DNA from: Amoebophrya sp. A120
Taxonomy: Eukaryota; Protista; Dinoflagellata
Length of the DNA stretch: 64,000 nucleotides
Reading direction: 5' to 3'
Assembly: GCA_905178155.1 (NCBI GenBank)
Contig: CAJINV010000003.1
Coordinates: 2,623,065-2,687,064, forward strand
The notes beneath the pieces were generated by a model. The model did no database searches. It worked only from the letters and a program-made list of their open reading frames with translations, and was not told the DNA's origin. The translations under genes were made by a program, and so were the position numbers. The stretch's first letter is position 1, and each line of letters opens with the position of its first letter. Positions 1 through 11,400 of the stretch are shown here, piece by piece.

Positions 1-3000
1 TGAACGCGCGCCGGAGAACGTCGGCGTACTTCTTCTCGGGCAGGAGAACGAGTTCGGGACACAAATGCCGGATCGAAAACATCAGTAGCGACGGCAAGGT
101 CGGCGTAACCACAGGCGAAAACAGCCCTGTCCCCGGGGCGAGGCGCGCGGACACGGTGTGGGGGGCGTCAGTCTTTTTATCGTCCATGAGGAAATTACTA
201 AAAATATGAGGCGTAGAAGTACTGGTAGAAGCAGGTCCGACGGAGTCGTCGACTCGTTGGGCCTTGGCCGCGAGCAACGTCTCGAGAGTGTGCTGGTCGA
301 GCAGGCGTTCCGTGTGCGGACCTTTGGGTAAGTGGCCAGCAGAGACAAACGCTTGGGTCAACTGCTCAAAGCGGCGCAGCCCCGCTATCTGCAGTTCGTG
401 CGTCTCCAGAACCTCCAGCGGGGGACGCAGATGTGCGATGGGTGTGCGGGTGGGGAGATACTCGTAGCTTTCAAAATACTGCGCTACAACAGCTCGGGCA
501 GCAGCAGCTTCCTGATTGGAGTCGAATGCTGTGCTTCTGGCAGCGGTTGCGGCATGTAGTTCTTGCACTGCGGGCGACTGCTGACGCTTCAACAAAGTTT
601 GTCCGGGCTCGCTGGCTTCGTGTGCTGGTCGTGCGAGATGTTGAAACATTGGGCCTCCGGCCTGCGGCATGCATATTCGCGCAACGTCGTTTTTCAGGGC
701 AACAGTCCAGAAATCGTCGAGGGGGTGCCTGGTCGCCAGTCGTTTCCCGTGGTACAGACTCAAGAAGAAGATGCACCGTGTGTCCAGGGCCTGGTCAACA
801 ACGGGGGTGCGAGGCTCTGTGTCTCCGAATACCCTCACCATTCGCCTTTTCTCCGCGTGTGCGGCCTGAAGAATCGTCCGGTCGAGGTCTTCCGCTTCCA
901 CATCAACGTCGTCTAACTTCGCGCGCGCAGCTGCGACGGCCTTGCGCTCCGAGTCGGCCAGGGCTTGCAACTGTTCTCGCCGCGCCGCAGCGTTGATCAT
1001 CGGGCCCGCCGGGGCAGCAGCTCCGTCGAGATGACCCGTCTCCCCCTCCTCGGCGCTCAAATTTCGACTGTCATCTTCAGAGGGCGCGGACTCTTCATCC
1101 TGCTCGACATCTGCCACATCTTCCGGCAGTGCATCGGCGGCTGAAACTACACCAAGCGCAGCAGCTCTCGACGTCGACCTCCCACCCGTACCTACGGCCA
1201 TAAGCTCGTCGACGCCAGCCTGCGTCGCGGACCCGATTCCGATGCGGCTGGGGGCCGCGTCGCCGAGGATGCCGACCGTCTCCTCCGGCCCCTGCAGCTG
1301 CTCCTCGTAGTACAAAACCGGCGGCGGTGGATCGCGGTAATACAGTAGCGCCGCTGCTGCTGGCGCAGCTGCTGTCGCTGTATTTGCAGCTGCGGCGGGC
1401 ACACTCGTCGGCGGTTCCTCCGCGATTCGCTCCACCTCTCCACCAGGTGCTGACTCCGCGGCCCCAAGAACTACTCCAGGAGCCGCCACGGCTCGACCGC
1501 GCGCTTGCCGTTCCCGAAGGCGGGCAGCGCGCTGCTCTCGCTCTTGTCGCTCTTCCTGCAACAAGGTTTCCGCACGGCAGATGTGCGTGCACTCCTGCAT
1601 GGTGAAGACGCGCTGGCCCTTCTCAATGGCTTCGGCACGCTCGGGGCCAAACAGCATGTTGACGTCCTCGAACCCGCCATCCGGCGCAAGTGCCTCGACC
1701 GCAAAGGCTTTCGAAAACAGGCCCGGAACCGGGAAGGGATTCTCTTCGGAACTGCGCTCCGCGACGAGCGCGTGGTCGGGATTCAGTTCGTCTCCGTCCT
1801 GGCGCAGCTGGCGGCGCTCCCGCTTGGTTTTCGCTAGTCGCGCCGACGCGGAAGCAGCAAACGCTTTTCGGTCACCGTAGGCACCGTGGAGGTCGTCGTC
1901 GTCTTGCGGCGCGTTGTCTTCCCTGATGCGCACCACCTTCGCGGCGTACAAACGCCTGCACACGCGCCCGAAATCAACGGTGCGCGAAAAGATCCCGACT
2001 TTCTCGTACCCCAAAGCGATATTAGTAGAGGCTTTCATCATCTTGCCACGAGGACCCTCCTCCTGCGAGAACTTCTTCGTCCCCAGGCAGGGCGCGAGAA
2101 AAGCGCCCCAGTCGGCCGGTTGAAAATCGAACCCCAGCTCGTACACGTAGTGCGTGAGGGCAATGCAGAACGCCTCGAACTCCTCGGGGGAGCTGCGCTG
2201 TCGCCGGTACCACGCACCGATGGCAGCACCCGTGTGGTAAAGGCAATCCAGGAAACAGCGCAGTACCTGCTCGTCAATGAAGACCGGGAAATGTTCGCCG
2301 CCTTTCGCCGCGCGCAGACTCGCAACGGCCTCGGCCCGGGTTTTGCGCTCGGAGCTGGAGGCCGCGGCCGCCTGGCCGAGCGACTGCTTGGCGCGCGCCC
2401 GCACGAAGTGGTCGTGCGCCGTTTCGCGCGCGTGGAGCAGGCCCGTCGCGATTTCCGCACTCACGTTGGACAAGCCGCGAAACACCAGGCGAAAGAGCTC
2501 CTGCGCGGTCACGTAGGTCCACACCGCGACCTCGTGGTCGTCGGACGTCATGGCAACGATGGCCAACAGCGGTTCCAGCAGTGCTAACTGCTTCAAGTTG
2601 CCCCACTGGAGTAGCAGGTGGGGCACGAAGGCCTCCAGGTTGAAGTAGTTGGTTTTCAGGCTGAGGTGCTGCAGTGTGGCGTGCCGCGCGATCCTATTGA
2701 AAGGAAAAACTCCCCCTCCCCATATTGAAAAGGTATGTTTCCGAAGTTTTGTGTTGCTGATTTGAGGTCACAGATCACATTTGTCTTGCAACAAGACAAG
2801 GGCAGAAGCTTCCGTCCCATTATCGAAGCGGTTTGTCATGCTGTTGGGCCTAAAGGGGAGCCGTTTGCCATGCTGAACAACTAGACCCATACGCCCCGGC
2901 CAGCCTGGGGATCTGGCCGCAATGCCTTCCTGCAGCACAAAGCTGATTTGTGTACACAAATCCAGCATCAGAAATTCCGTTTTGATATGGGGAGGGGGGA

Positions 3001-4834
3001 TTTTTCCTTTCGCTAGAACCAGGAACGGTCGGAGTCGGTCGGGGCCGGGACGTGACTATCAAATGTAAAAATGTCTGGGTCTGGAAAATTCTTACATTTG
3101 TCATGTATATTTTCCATGGCCCATGATGTCTGTGATGCATGCCGTAGCATCACAGATTTTTAGAGCGCTTTGCGATGCCTCTTCCGCATGAGAAACGGCC
3201 TCTCCGCGTAGCACAAACTGGAGTCCTCTTGCTGGTCATGCAATACAAAGTTTTTCAGAATCCAGAGACAGCATTACAAGTTTAGAATGTTCCATTTGAT
3301 AGTGACCGGCTAGGAGCAAGATGCGCACCAAGTGCACGCTCTGCTGCTTGCGTAGCCAGGACGGCTCTCGCTTGCTGAAGTAGAGCAGCCGAAATGCCAA
3401 CTGGAACAGGTCCTGGGGCGGAAAGGCGCGGAACAGCCACGTGCAGAGCTGCAACAAGCTCGTCTCCAGGCGGTCTGCGCAACTCCGTGCCAATGGGGTA
3501 TCAGCACTTAATACTTTCGCGTAGGAGCCGCGCAACTGTCCTCGTCGGTCCATAGAACTGGAAGCAGGATCATTCAAATTTTTCTTTTCTCTCGTCCTCC
3601 CCGGGGACGAGAACGGCAGCAGGCTGCGCTGGTCCAAGATTGCTTCGTTCTTCTCGAGGTCCACAAGAGTTTGCAAAACCTCGTGGACGAAGGCCTTTCC
3701 AACGCGCAGCCGCGTTCCCTGCGGGAATGCCGCGCGGTCCAGAGCGAGCAGGGCAAGTAAGTCGTCCGCCAAAACCAGTTTCCACTGCATCTCCAGGTTC
3801 GGCACCACAAAAAAATTGACCAGCAGGTTCCACATGCGAAACCGCGCCGAGGCGTTCCGATGCCGGCTCTGGGCGATCGTTTCCGTTTGTAGGCCTGAAA
3901 TGCCGTCACCGGAGAGTTTGTACGCCGTGTCAGGCTTCGTGGAAAGAACCGTCGAGGGCGGAGGATGGATTTCGCGTGCTGCCTCGTCGTCGCCACTCGG
4001 CGTGGCTTCTTTGTTCCCGCCATCCGGCGACGTGAAGAGGCCGCGCAGGAAGCTACCGAGGTTGTCCGCGATGTTTTGCGCGACCGAAGTCACTCGCTCG
4101 ACCAGCGTTTCCTCGCGTGGCGGCAAAAACACGCCCGGGGGGTGCTTCTCCCACCGGGACAGCAAGCGGGTGGGTTCCTCGCCCCAGGCGCACCGCACAA
4201 TGGCGGACGCGAGCAAAAAGCACTCCCACAGTAGGGTGCGCGCTATCGGGGAGCCCCTCAGCGCGGCCAGGTTCCAGGAAGCATCCGTCTGGTTATTTGC
4301 GCTAGGTAGTTCTTGTTCCGTGGAAGGATGAAACGCCGCAGCGAAAAAGCCGTCCTCGCGCTCTAGCGTGAGTGAAGCGCGCAGCAGTGGTTGCAGGGTC
4401 GCGAACAAAGTGAGTAAGGCACACTGTGTCAGGGTCTCGCCCGAACGCGGGGGGATGAAACTGAATGCGGAGGCTTCTTGACCGCTCTCCGCAAAAGCCT
4501 GCGTCGCAGGAATGAAGCGTCGCTTCTTCCGGCGGACGTAGTAGTTTTTGGCGACTGTGAACACGTCCAGCGTACACGAAGATGCGGGCTTCGGCGTCGA
4601 ACTTGTCGGAGCGCTGCCGTGTTTTTCTGGCTGCAGTTTCGCGTCCTGGTTCTCGGTGGTTGGTTCGGCATTCCCACGACCTCCGGTTGTCCCGGGAGGA
4701 GCATCTTCGGTGTGTGGCCCAATCAAGCGTCCGGACCAGTTGCGTTCATGCCAAACAATGTCGAGTTTGCCATTGCCCTCTACGTGGGAGGCGCCGTCGG
4801 AGAATATCAGGTTGCGCGCCGCAGCCTTCTGCAC
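1..4834 (-). CDS. Large hypothetical protein (>1400 aa, runs off the left edge), 3 exons split by two introners
   Basis: ORF 3236..4834 joins via micro-exon 3016-3056 to a frame that reads as protein at 2690, ~1200 and position 2 (..LLLAGH|VPAPTDSDRSW|IARHATLQHLSLKTNYF..). Start is uncertain; not every codon of 1-2690 was checked. Confidence 0.75.
2695..3015. mobile_element. Introner, family B (321 bp)
   Basis: TIR tattgaaaggaaaaactccccctccccatat / atatggggaggggggatttttcctttcgcta; TSD gatcc/gaacc; close reverse-complement relative of 36155-36476. Confidence 0.9.
3057..3301. mobile_element. Introner, family A (245 bp), right TIR internally deleted
   Basis: Starts tatcaaatgtaaaaatgtctgggtctggaa and ends ttccatttgata; perfect TSD gtgac; excision restores frame. 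Confidence 0.9.
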
Positions 4835-5090
4835 TCTGCGCTTCGCACGTTTATCGGACAGACCGTCCGCGCGCGCTTGGGCTTTTCCTGTTCCAATTTT
4901 GCGTCATTCAATTCGATCGAGACAACTAAAGTAGAGGAACATGTACATGTAGTAGTTTGCCAGACAGCAAATGCCATCGCGATCATCTGCCAGGCTTGCT
5001 TAAGCCATTCTCTCAAGGTTTTATATGGCTCAAAACATCATGCTCATGGAAGTGAAAGTGAAAGAAACCTTTTTCGAGATCAAAGCATCA

Positions 5091-8000
5091 CTATACACCC
5101 TGGAGCGCTGCTGCTGCTGATGCGGGAACTGGTGTGCCGTTTGCTGTCCGGTCCGTAGTAGTATCCGGGTTTATTTCCAGAGGTGGCCGTTCGTCAGCAA
5201 GCACCTCAAAAAAGGCGGCGCGGCATGCGAGGGAAACGTTTACCAACACGTCTTCGATGTCGAGACCCAAGTCCGCTAGTTCGTCGTCGGAGAGGTCCAC
5301 GAGTTCTCCCAAAAACCGACGTCCGAGCAGCCTCAGTTTCATCACCTCTGCTTGCCGCTTCATCTCCTCTTCCTTGTCCGCCAGAAATTGCTCCAGCTCT
5401 TCAGCCCTTTCCGCCTCGGTTACTTGTGTTCCAGAAACCGCTTCGACCTCACCTGCTTCTACTGCGGCCCCGCCCGCCGCTTCGGCAACTTCTTCGCCTG
5501 GTTGCTGTCGCAGTTCCTGTTGCCTGGCCTTCTCCGCCTCGACCTGCTGACGTTTCTGGTCCTCGAAGGATCGGCGAAAATCGCGCTCGATGGCGTTGAT
5601 CCGCGGCTGGAACTCTGCCTCGACGTCCAGGCAAAATTGCACGCACTTCTGGACCAAATTTGCTTCCTCGCTGTTGTCAGCAGTAGATGCGTTGTTCGTC
5701 GTGTTGTCCCCGTGCAAGGCTAGACACTGAGTCATTGTCCTAACAATCGGCTGCGCCACTTGGAAAAAACTCTCTGCTGGCGCCGAAAAGTCCGTTTGTT
5801 TTGCATTCGTCCCCTCCTGCTCGTGACTAGCAGAAGCAGCGGCTCCACCATTTGTGCTTCGACGTTGATTCTTCGTGCCTTTCGTTCTTTTTCGCCTGCT
5901 GGCACTCGACATTTTAGGCCCAGAAAAATTATCGTCGTTGCTCATGCTCTCCTCGGACTTTTGCAGCTTCGCCGCATAGGTCCCGGCGGTGCGCCAGAGC
6001 GACACCGCCAGGTTTTCTATCTCCACATTTCGCAACCCCGGCTGCGCCAGGAAACGCCGAACCTTGTCGGCATACACATCTTGGCGTTTCCGGGTGCGCT
6101 TCTCCTCTTCCCGCTGCTGCTCTGCCAGGAGCTTCTTCGCCTCGACGTATTTCTGTTGTACCTCCTTGTCTTTCGCAAGTTCTGCATTTCGCTTTTCCGC
6201 GTCCTCTGTCTGACCCAGTCCGTCTCGCAGGTATGCGAGATTCACGGGAGCCAAATACGGAGTAGATGAATCTCGATAAAAATAATTCCCAGAGGACCAC
6301 ATTGGGCTATTCATTTTCCGTGCTTGCGAAGTAGATGCGTCATCGACAGCAGTGCTCTCCACTGCGTGGGGCAGGCCCGGCAAGTTCTGTCGCTGGAAGT
6401 AGTTCTTTCCACCAACTGCAGCAAGTCGATTCGCTCCAGGGTGCGTCAGGTAGAACTGCGCGTCAGCTAACTTGTAGAAAAGAGAATACTCGCGCAGCGC
6501 CGCCTCGTCAATGGTGCCCTCACTCTCGTCGTCTCGGGCGGATTCAGGGTGGGAATTTTGGATCGATGTGTAGTTTTCATAACGGTCCAGCTCAAGAAGT
6601 AGGGAACTTTGCCAGTTTCTCATCCTTTCCTTCCTGTTTCCTCCGAGAGCGGTTCGTAAAAAGGGACTATCCAGAGCAGACATGCGGCGATCTAGAAAAA
6701 ACTGTGCGGCACTGCGGCGGTTAACCGCGCCAAAGAGGTTCCGTTCTAGAAACAAACTCCCTTTCCAGCACTGTAGCTGTGATTCTAATGACATCTCCGC
6801 ATTTGTAGTTCGTGGTTCGTGCTCCAGTTCTCTTTCCACGCCATCCGGACTAGCAGTTTTACCAGCGGAAGTCGCGAGTTTGTTCCTCAGAGTCGTGAGT
6901 TCAGAATGCAGAGCTACCGTCCGACGGGACCAGTGAGACGGCAGGGGGCACTTCGTGTCCACCTCAAATTCCCGTGCGCTCGGGGGAAAGTCGCCTTCTA
7001 CCCGACGCACCAACAGATGCAAGGGGCGCTTTTCGTACTTGCCACACAAGACGTCCAAGTTTGTGTCGTTCTCGAGGTACGCCTTGTTGCCCCTCGCCTC
7101 TACTTCACCGCTCGCGGTCTGGTGCCCCAGCGCCGACATTTTGACGGCTTTTTCCGCAAAAATGTCATTCGCCACCAGCACCTGGTCGCCCTTTTTGAGT
7201 CCGACCCTACTGCCCCAACTTTTTGGCTTGACCGCCCGCACTTTCATCCCGTGCACGGACAGACCAAGGTCCGACTCATATGCGGTCAGCTGGAGGTAGC
7301 GCGTGCTGTATTTCTTCCGCAGAAAAGCAAAGCCGACAGTCTCATGATTTGACGAAGTAGAGGCGGCGCGGACGATAAAACGCAAAAGCGCGCCGTCCGG
7401 ATGGTTTCCCGGCCAATTCGGCAAGTCCGAGATGAAAGTGCCGGACACGTTGAGTAGCGTGTCGCCCGCTACCACACCGTTCTGGTACGCTTCCGATTTC
7501 ACTTTTGTCGGCTTTATCTGAAGATGGGTCATCTCGGCAAGCACATCAGTGGTCGCCAAGCCAGAGGGCTTCGCTGCAGCAATTTGCAGCAAATCCTCCA
7601 GTTTGTACAAATACTTGTCCACCTGGGTAACGGTAACCGTCGGAAAATCGCGGTACTCCAGCACAAACCCGAACAAAGCGAGCAAGTACGCTTGCGCGAC
7701 GGCTGGGGACATAACCGGGAGTGGTTTCACTTTCATCTCGTCTGTCGGTGCGTCATTATTTTCAACATGCGCGGAAGTTCTCGTGGGGCTTCGGTTATGT
7801 AGTACATGATCTTGAACTACATCAAAGTACCGTCGCAAAATCTCGAGGACTTGCTCAGGTGCGGCGGTGGAGAATTTCATCTGCCAACCGGTCAGGCCGT
7901 AGCTTTTTATTTTCGCCGCGGAACTCAAATGCGCCAGCAAGAACGGAGCAGCACCACTCTTTGCAGCTGCATCGACTTTCATTGAATTTTCAGCAGGAAG

Positions 8001-8210
8001 TTCCTCTGCTCCCGCTCCAACCACTCCTGCTCCACTAGTATCGTTGGTAACATGCATTTCATCCAACGCCACTTCCTCACCATCCGCGCCCGCCCGAGTA
8101 GTGTGCTTGCCGTTCAAGTATTCCTCTCGCTGTCGCTGCGCTATCGCGGGTTCGATCTCCGCGCGCTTGGCGCTCTTGGCCAAGTTGCCAATAGACGTGA
8201 GTAGTGCCAT
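5091..8210 (-). CDS. Hypothetical 1039-aa protein with two PDZ-like segments and coiled-coil C-terminus
   Basis: Uninterrupted ORF; motifs IKPTKVKSEAYQNGVVAGDTLLNVSG and LGLSVHGMKVRAVKPKSWGSRVGLKKGDQVLVAND resemble PDZ (inference). Confidence 0.75.
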   Translation of the reverse strand: MALLTSIGNLAKSAKRAEIEPAIAQRQREEYLNGKHTTRAGADGEEVALDEMHVTNDTSGAGVVGAGAEELPAENSMKVDAAAKSGAAPFLLAHLSSAAKIKSYGLTGWQMKFSTAAPEQVLEILRRYFDVVQDHVLHNRSPTRTSAHVENNDAPTDEMKVKPLPVMSPAVAQAYLLALFGFVLEYRDFPTVTVTQVDKYLYKLEDLLQIAAAKPSGLATTDVLAEMTHLQIKPTKVKSEAYQNGVVAGDTLLNVSGTFISDLPNWPGNHPDGALLRFIVRAASTSSNHETVGFAFLRKKYSTRYLQLTAYESDLGLSVHGMKVRAVKPKSWGSRVGLKKGDQVLVANDIFAEKAVKMSALGHQTASGEVEARGNKAYLENDTNLDVLCGKYEKRPLHLLVRRVEGDFPPSAREFEVDTKCPLPSHWSRRTVALHSELTTLRNKLATSAGKTASPDGVERELEHEPRTTNAEMSLESQLQCWKGSLFLERNLFGAVNRRSAAQFFLDRRMSALDSPFLRTALGGNRKERMRNWQSSLLLELDRYENYTSIQNSHPESARDDESEGTIDEAALREYSLFYKLADAQFYLTHPGANRLAAVGGKNYFQRQNLPGLPHAVESTAVDDASTSQARKMNSPMWSSGNYFYRDSSTPYLAPVNLAYLRDGLGQTEDAEKRNAELAKDKEVQQKYVEAKKLLAEQQREEEKRTRKRQDVYADKVRRFLAQPGLRNVEIENLAVSLWRTAGTYAAKLQKSEESMSNDDNFSGPKMSSASRRKRTKGTKNQRRSTNGGAAASASHEQEGTNAKQTDFSAPAESFFQVAQPIVRTMTQCLALHGDNTTNNASTADNSEEANLVQKCVQFCLDVEAEFQPRINAIERDFRRSFEDQKRQQVEAEKARQQELRQQPGEEVAEAAGGAAVEAGEVEAVSGTQVTEAERAEELEQFLADKEEEMKRQAEVMKLRLLGRRFLGELVDLSDDELADLGLDIEDVLVNVSLACRAAFFEVLADERPPLEINPDTTTDRTANGTPVPASAAAALQGV

Positions 8211-8489
8211 GGATTCCTTGGAACAGTTGCGGCTGGGCAGATTGAAGGCACGGCTGCGCTATGGGCGGGTTCTCAAACGGCACAATCTCAACTGTTACAT
8301 GATTTCATCTCATGCAGAAAGAACAACATCACCATCGCGCTTCACGCGATCAAACTTCTTCTCGTGACAATCTTCCGGCGTGGGCGCGCAAAATAGCATC
8401 AGAATCCGTTCCATATCTGTAGATGCAAACCGCGCAAGGATGTTCCCCTTAGTTTCACTTTCGCTACTAGGTATTCTTGCATCACAGAC

Positions 8490-11400
8490 CTACTTATGTA
8501 ACAGTTGAGAGTGTAACGGGTGAGAGAAGCGCCATAAGGTCCACGGAAGGATTCGGGGCAGCAGGCCGAGACTGAGCTCGAGGATTCGCGCCCGCCGCCA
8601 GCGGTACTGGGCGAAAAACAGTTCCTCCTGCTTTTGCATGCGTTTGTTGCGCTGGCCAAGGGAAAGCCGCCCCGTTTTCCGGTTCACGTGCACCGATTTT
8701 CGCTGGTGGTAGATCTTTTGCAGGTAGTCGTCCACCTTCTTCCAGTGCTGGGACATGTCCCGCAGGTGCGCCAGCGTCAAATTCTGGCGCAGGCCGAACA
8801 CGTACTCCAGATGTCGCGCGTAGTAGTCGTCCTCGCTGAACAACTGCAGGGAGCAGTGGGCCGAAAACCAATAATCAAGCGGCCGCCAGTGGGCGACAAT
8901 TTTGTCTTGTTTCCGCGCTTTGCGGATGTAGTGTTGGTCCAACAGCAAGTCATCGGCGTTGTCTTCCTCGTCCTCCGCGGCATCGTCTGGGAGGAGCTGT
9001 TGTTGCACGTTGTCGGCGAGGGTCGCGGCATTTACCACTTCCGCTTGTCGTTCGGGAGATATCACTTGCGGTGCCGCGTCCTCTCCTTGTGCAATTTTTT
9101 CGTCGGACAGCCCGTCTTTCGGCGAACTCTCAAAGACTGAGACTGCAGTGTTGACAAACGAAGCTAGCTGTCCGAAAAACGAACTCTTCGGCTGTTGTTC
9201 CCCTGCGCCTTCTGGTGCCTCCATACTGTGCTGGCCCTCGAACGTCATGCCGTGCGGTTTCATGTTTAGTTTTCCTTGTTGTCCCTGCTTGGTCGCTGGC
9301 TTTGCATTCAGTTTTCCTTTTCCCTTTGTAGGGGTTCCAGCTCTCTGTTCTGGGGTGCCTTTTTTTGATGTTGGCGACGAAACATTCAGGCGGCCCTTGG
9401 ATGTAGCCTTTTGTGGCGCTGCTTTTGGACTTCCCGGGGCGGAAACCGGTTTTTTACCTTTCTTGCTCTTGCCTTTCTTTTTGCCTTGTTTTCCCTTGCC
9501 TTTCTTGCCCGCGTGTAACTGCAGAAGCTGATTTCCAGCAGCCTGCGCCATAGCAGGGTCTTCTGCACCCTCCAGGGAGGGTTCTCTCACCCCCGCGGTG
9601 ACAGGACCCTCTTTTCCTTTCAGTATGTCTTGCTGCATTTGCTTTCGGCGCTCGCGCGCGCGAATGCGATTTGCCGCGACCTGCTTCTCGTGCTGAAAAT
9701 CTGTTCCCAACTGGTCGGGATGTTCTTCCGTTGTATTCTGGTCGACGATTCCCTGGCCGGGTGCGGTCGGCTCCAAATCGGAATAGTCCGAGGACGACGA
9801 GGACGCTAAAGTTTCACTCCCTACATGAGGCGCCATGCCGGTAGCAGTACTAGCCGTTGATGTTCTTCCTCGTGTTTTCATCTTCCCGGAGGTACTAGGA
9901 GCACGGTCACGGAACCTATTCGGACTATCCGCCTGCTGGGGTGCTTCAATATTTCGCCGTCGCTTTCGCTTGAGGAGCACCGCGTCTGGCACATTTTGCA
10001 GCAAAGAATCCGGGTAGATAGCTCCGAAAGTCTCGCCCTCGCCACCGACAATGTCGGAGATTTGCAGCACCAGCCGCAGAATCGCGGGGCCGAAGACTAC
10101 GCGCTCCAGCTCGAGTTGCTCTCGCAGCAAACGGTCTCGTTGTTCCAGAAGGGTCGGGTCGACGGCTTTTTGCGCGTCTCTATCGATTGAACCCTCCTCC
10201 TCGTCCTTACCGTTCACTGCAGCCTTCATCTCGAACACATCGACACCCTTGGGCACTGGCTTCGATGCCGGTGCCGGCGTAATCCCGAGCGCTTCGTGTC
10301 GTAGACACTCATCGTACAAACGAGTCAGCACGGCCAGCCCATTTTCCAGGTCCCCGGCGCGCAGGTCGCACGATATCAGCAAGCGACGCTTGAGGTTCAC
10401 CGCGATCAAGTTCTTGAGCAGCAACTTGTCGGTGAAGCTGCGCAACACCAATTGCACGTCGTCTAAGCGCTGGTCCTCGAAAGCCGCGGGAAGAGGCCGC
10501 GGGGGCGACGTAAAAGTTGATTCCCGTCCTCCCGTTTTGCTCCGCAGATTCGCCACGTACAGGGCGTGGTGCAGCACGACAACGCACTCGCGGCCGTGTG
10601 CCGTGGGCTGCGCCGGCAAAAATTCGTCCTCCAAGAAGTCCGAAGTAACACGAATGTGTGGGCGGGACAGCAAGAGCAGCGTTTCCCGCCAGCGCTTGAA
10701 CAACAAAAACTTCACCGTGCTGAAGGGCAAGCCAATCGGGCAGTCGAAGTGCGCCATGGAGTGGAGGATCCAGTAGTGCAGCTGGGGCACGTTGATTCGC
10801 AACAAGACGCATAGTTTCGCGAAAAACGGCAGCAGATTCACGGTCGCGCTCGCGTTTCGAATCGCGTCTTGTTCGCTTCGCTCCGGTTGATTTTCCAGGT
10901 CTTTTGCATTCGGGCGTGGAACGAAGTGCCAGATGGAAATTAAAAAAGCAAACTCAGCGAGCTGAGCGATCTTGTGGCAGATTTGCTTAACCCGCTTGCG
11001 TCGCAGGCGACGAAGGACAATCACGATTTGTACGTTCGCATCTGTAGTAGTTCGTGCTCCAGATGGATTTTGTGTCGAATTATCCTGTTGCGGTCCCGAT
11101 GGATCCACCTCGTGGAAAGCGCGAACGGCATCGCGCTGCGCGGTCCGCAGCTCTCGAAGACGCTTGGACTGCTTCTTCGCGATGAGATTCAGTAGCAGCT
11201 GGAATCGTTGTTGCTGAAGCTGTGCCGCCTCTTCTTTTTCTGCGACCGCCTGCATCCAGCCTGCGTCATCGTCCTCTGCGAGTTCCGCACTTTTCACCGT
11301 CCGCTCCTGAAATCGGTCCTCCGACTCTTGTCCGCTGCTGTACTCGTCTTCGTCGCCGGATGACATCTCATCTTCGCCGTTCGCGGGACGAATGGGCTTT

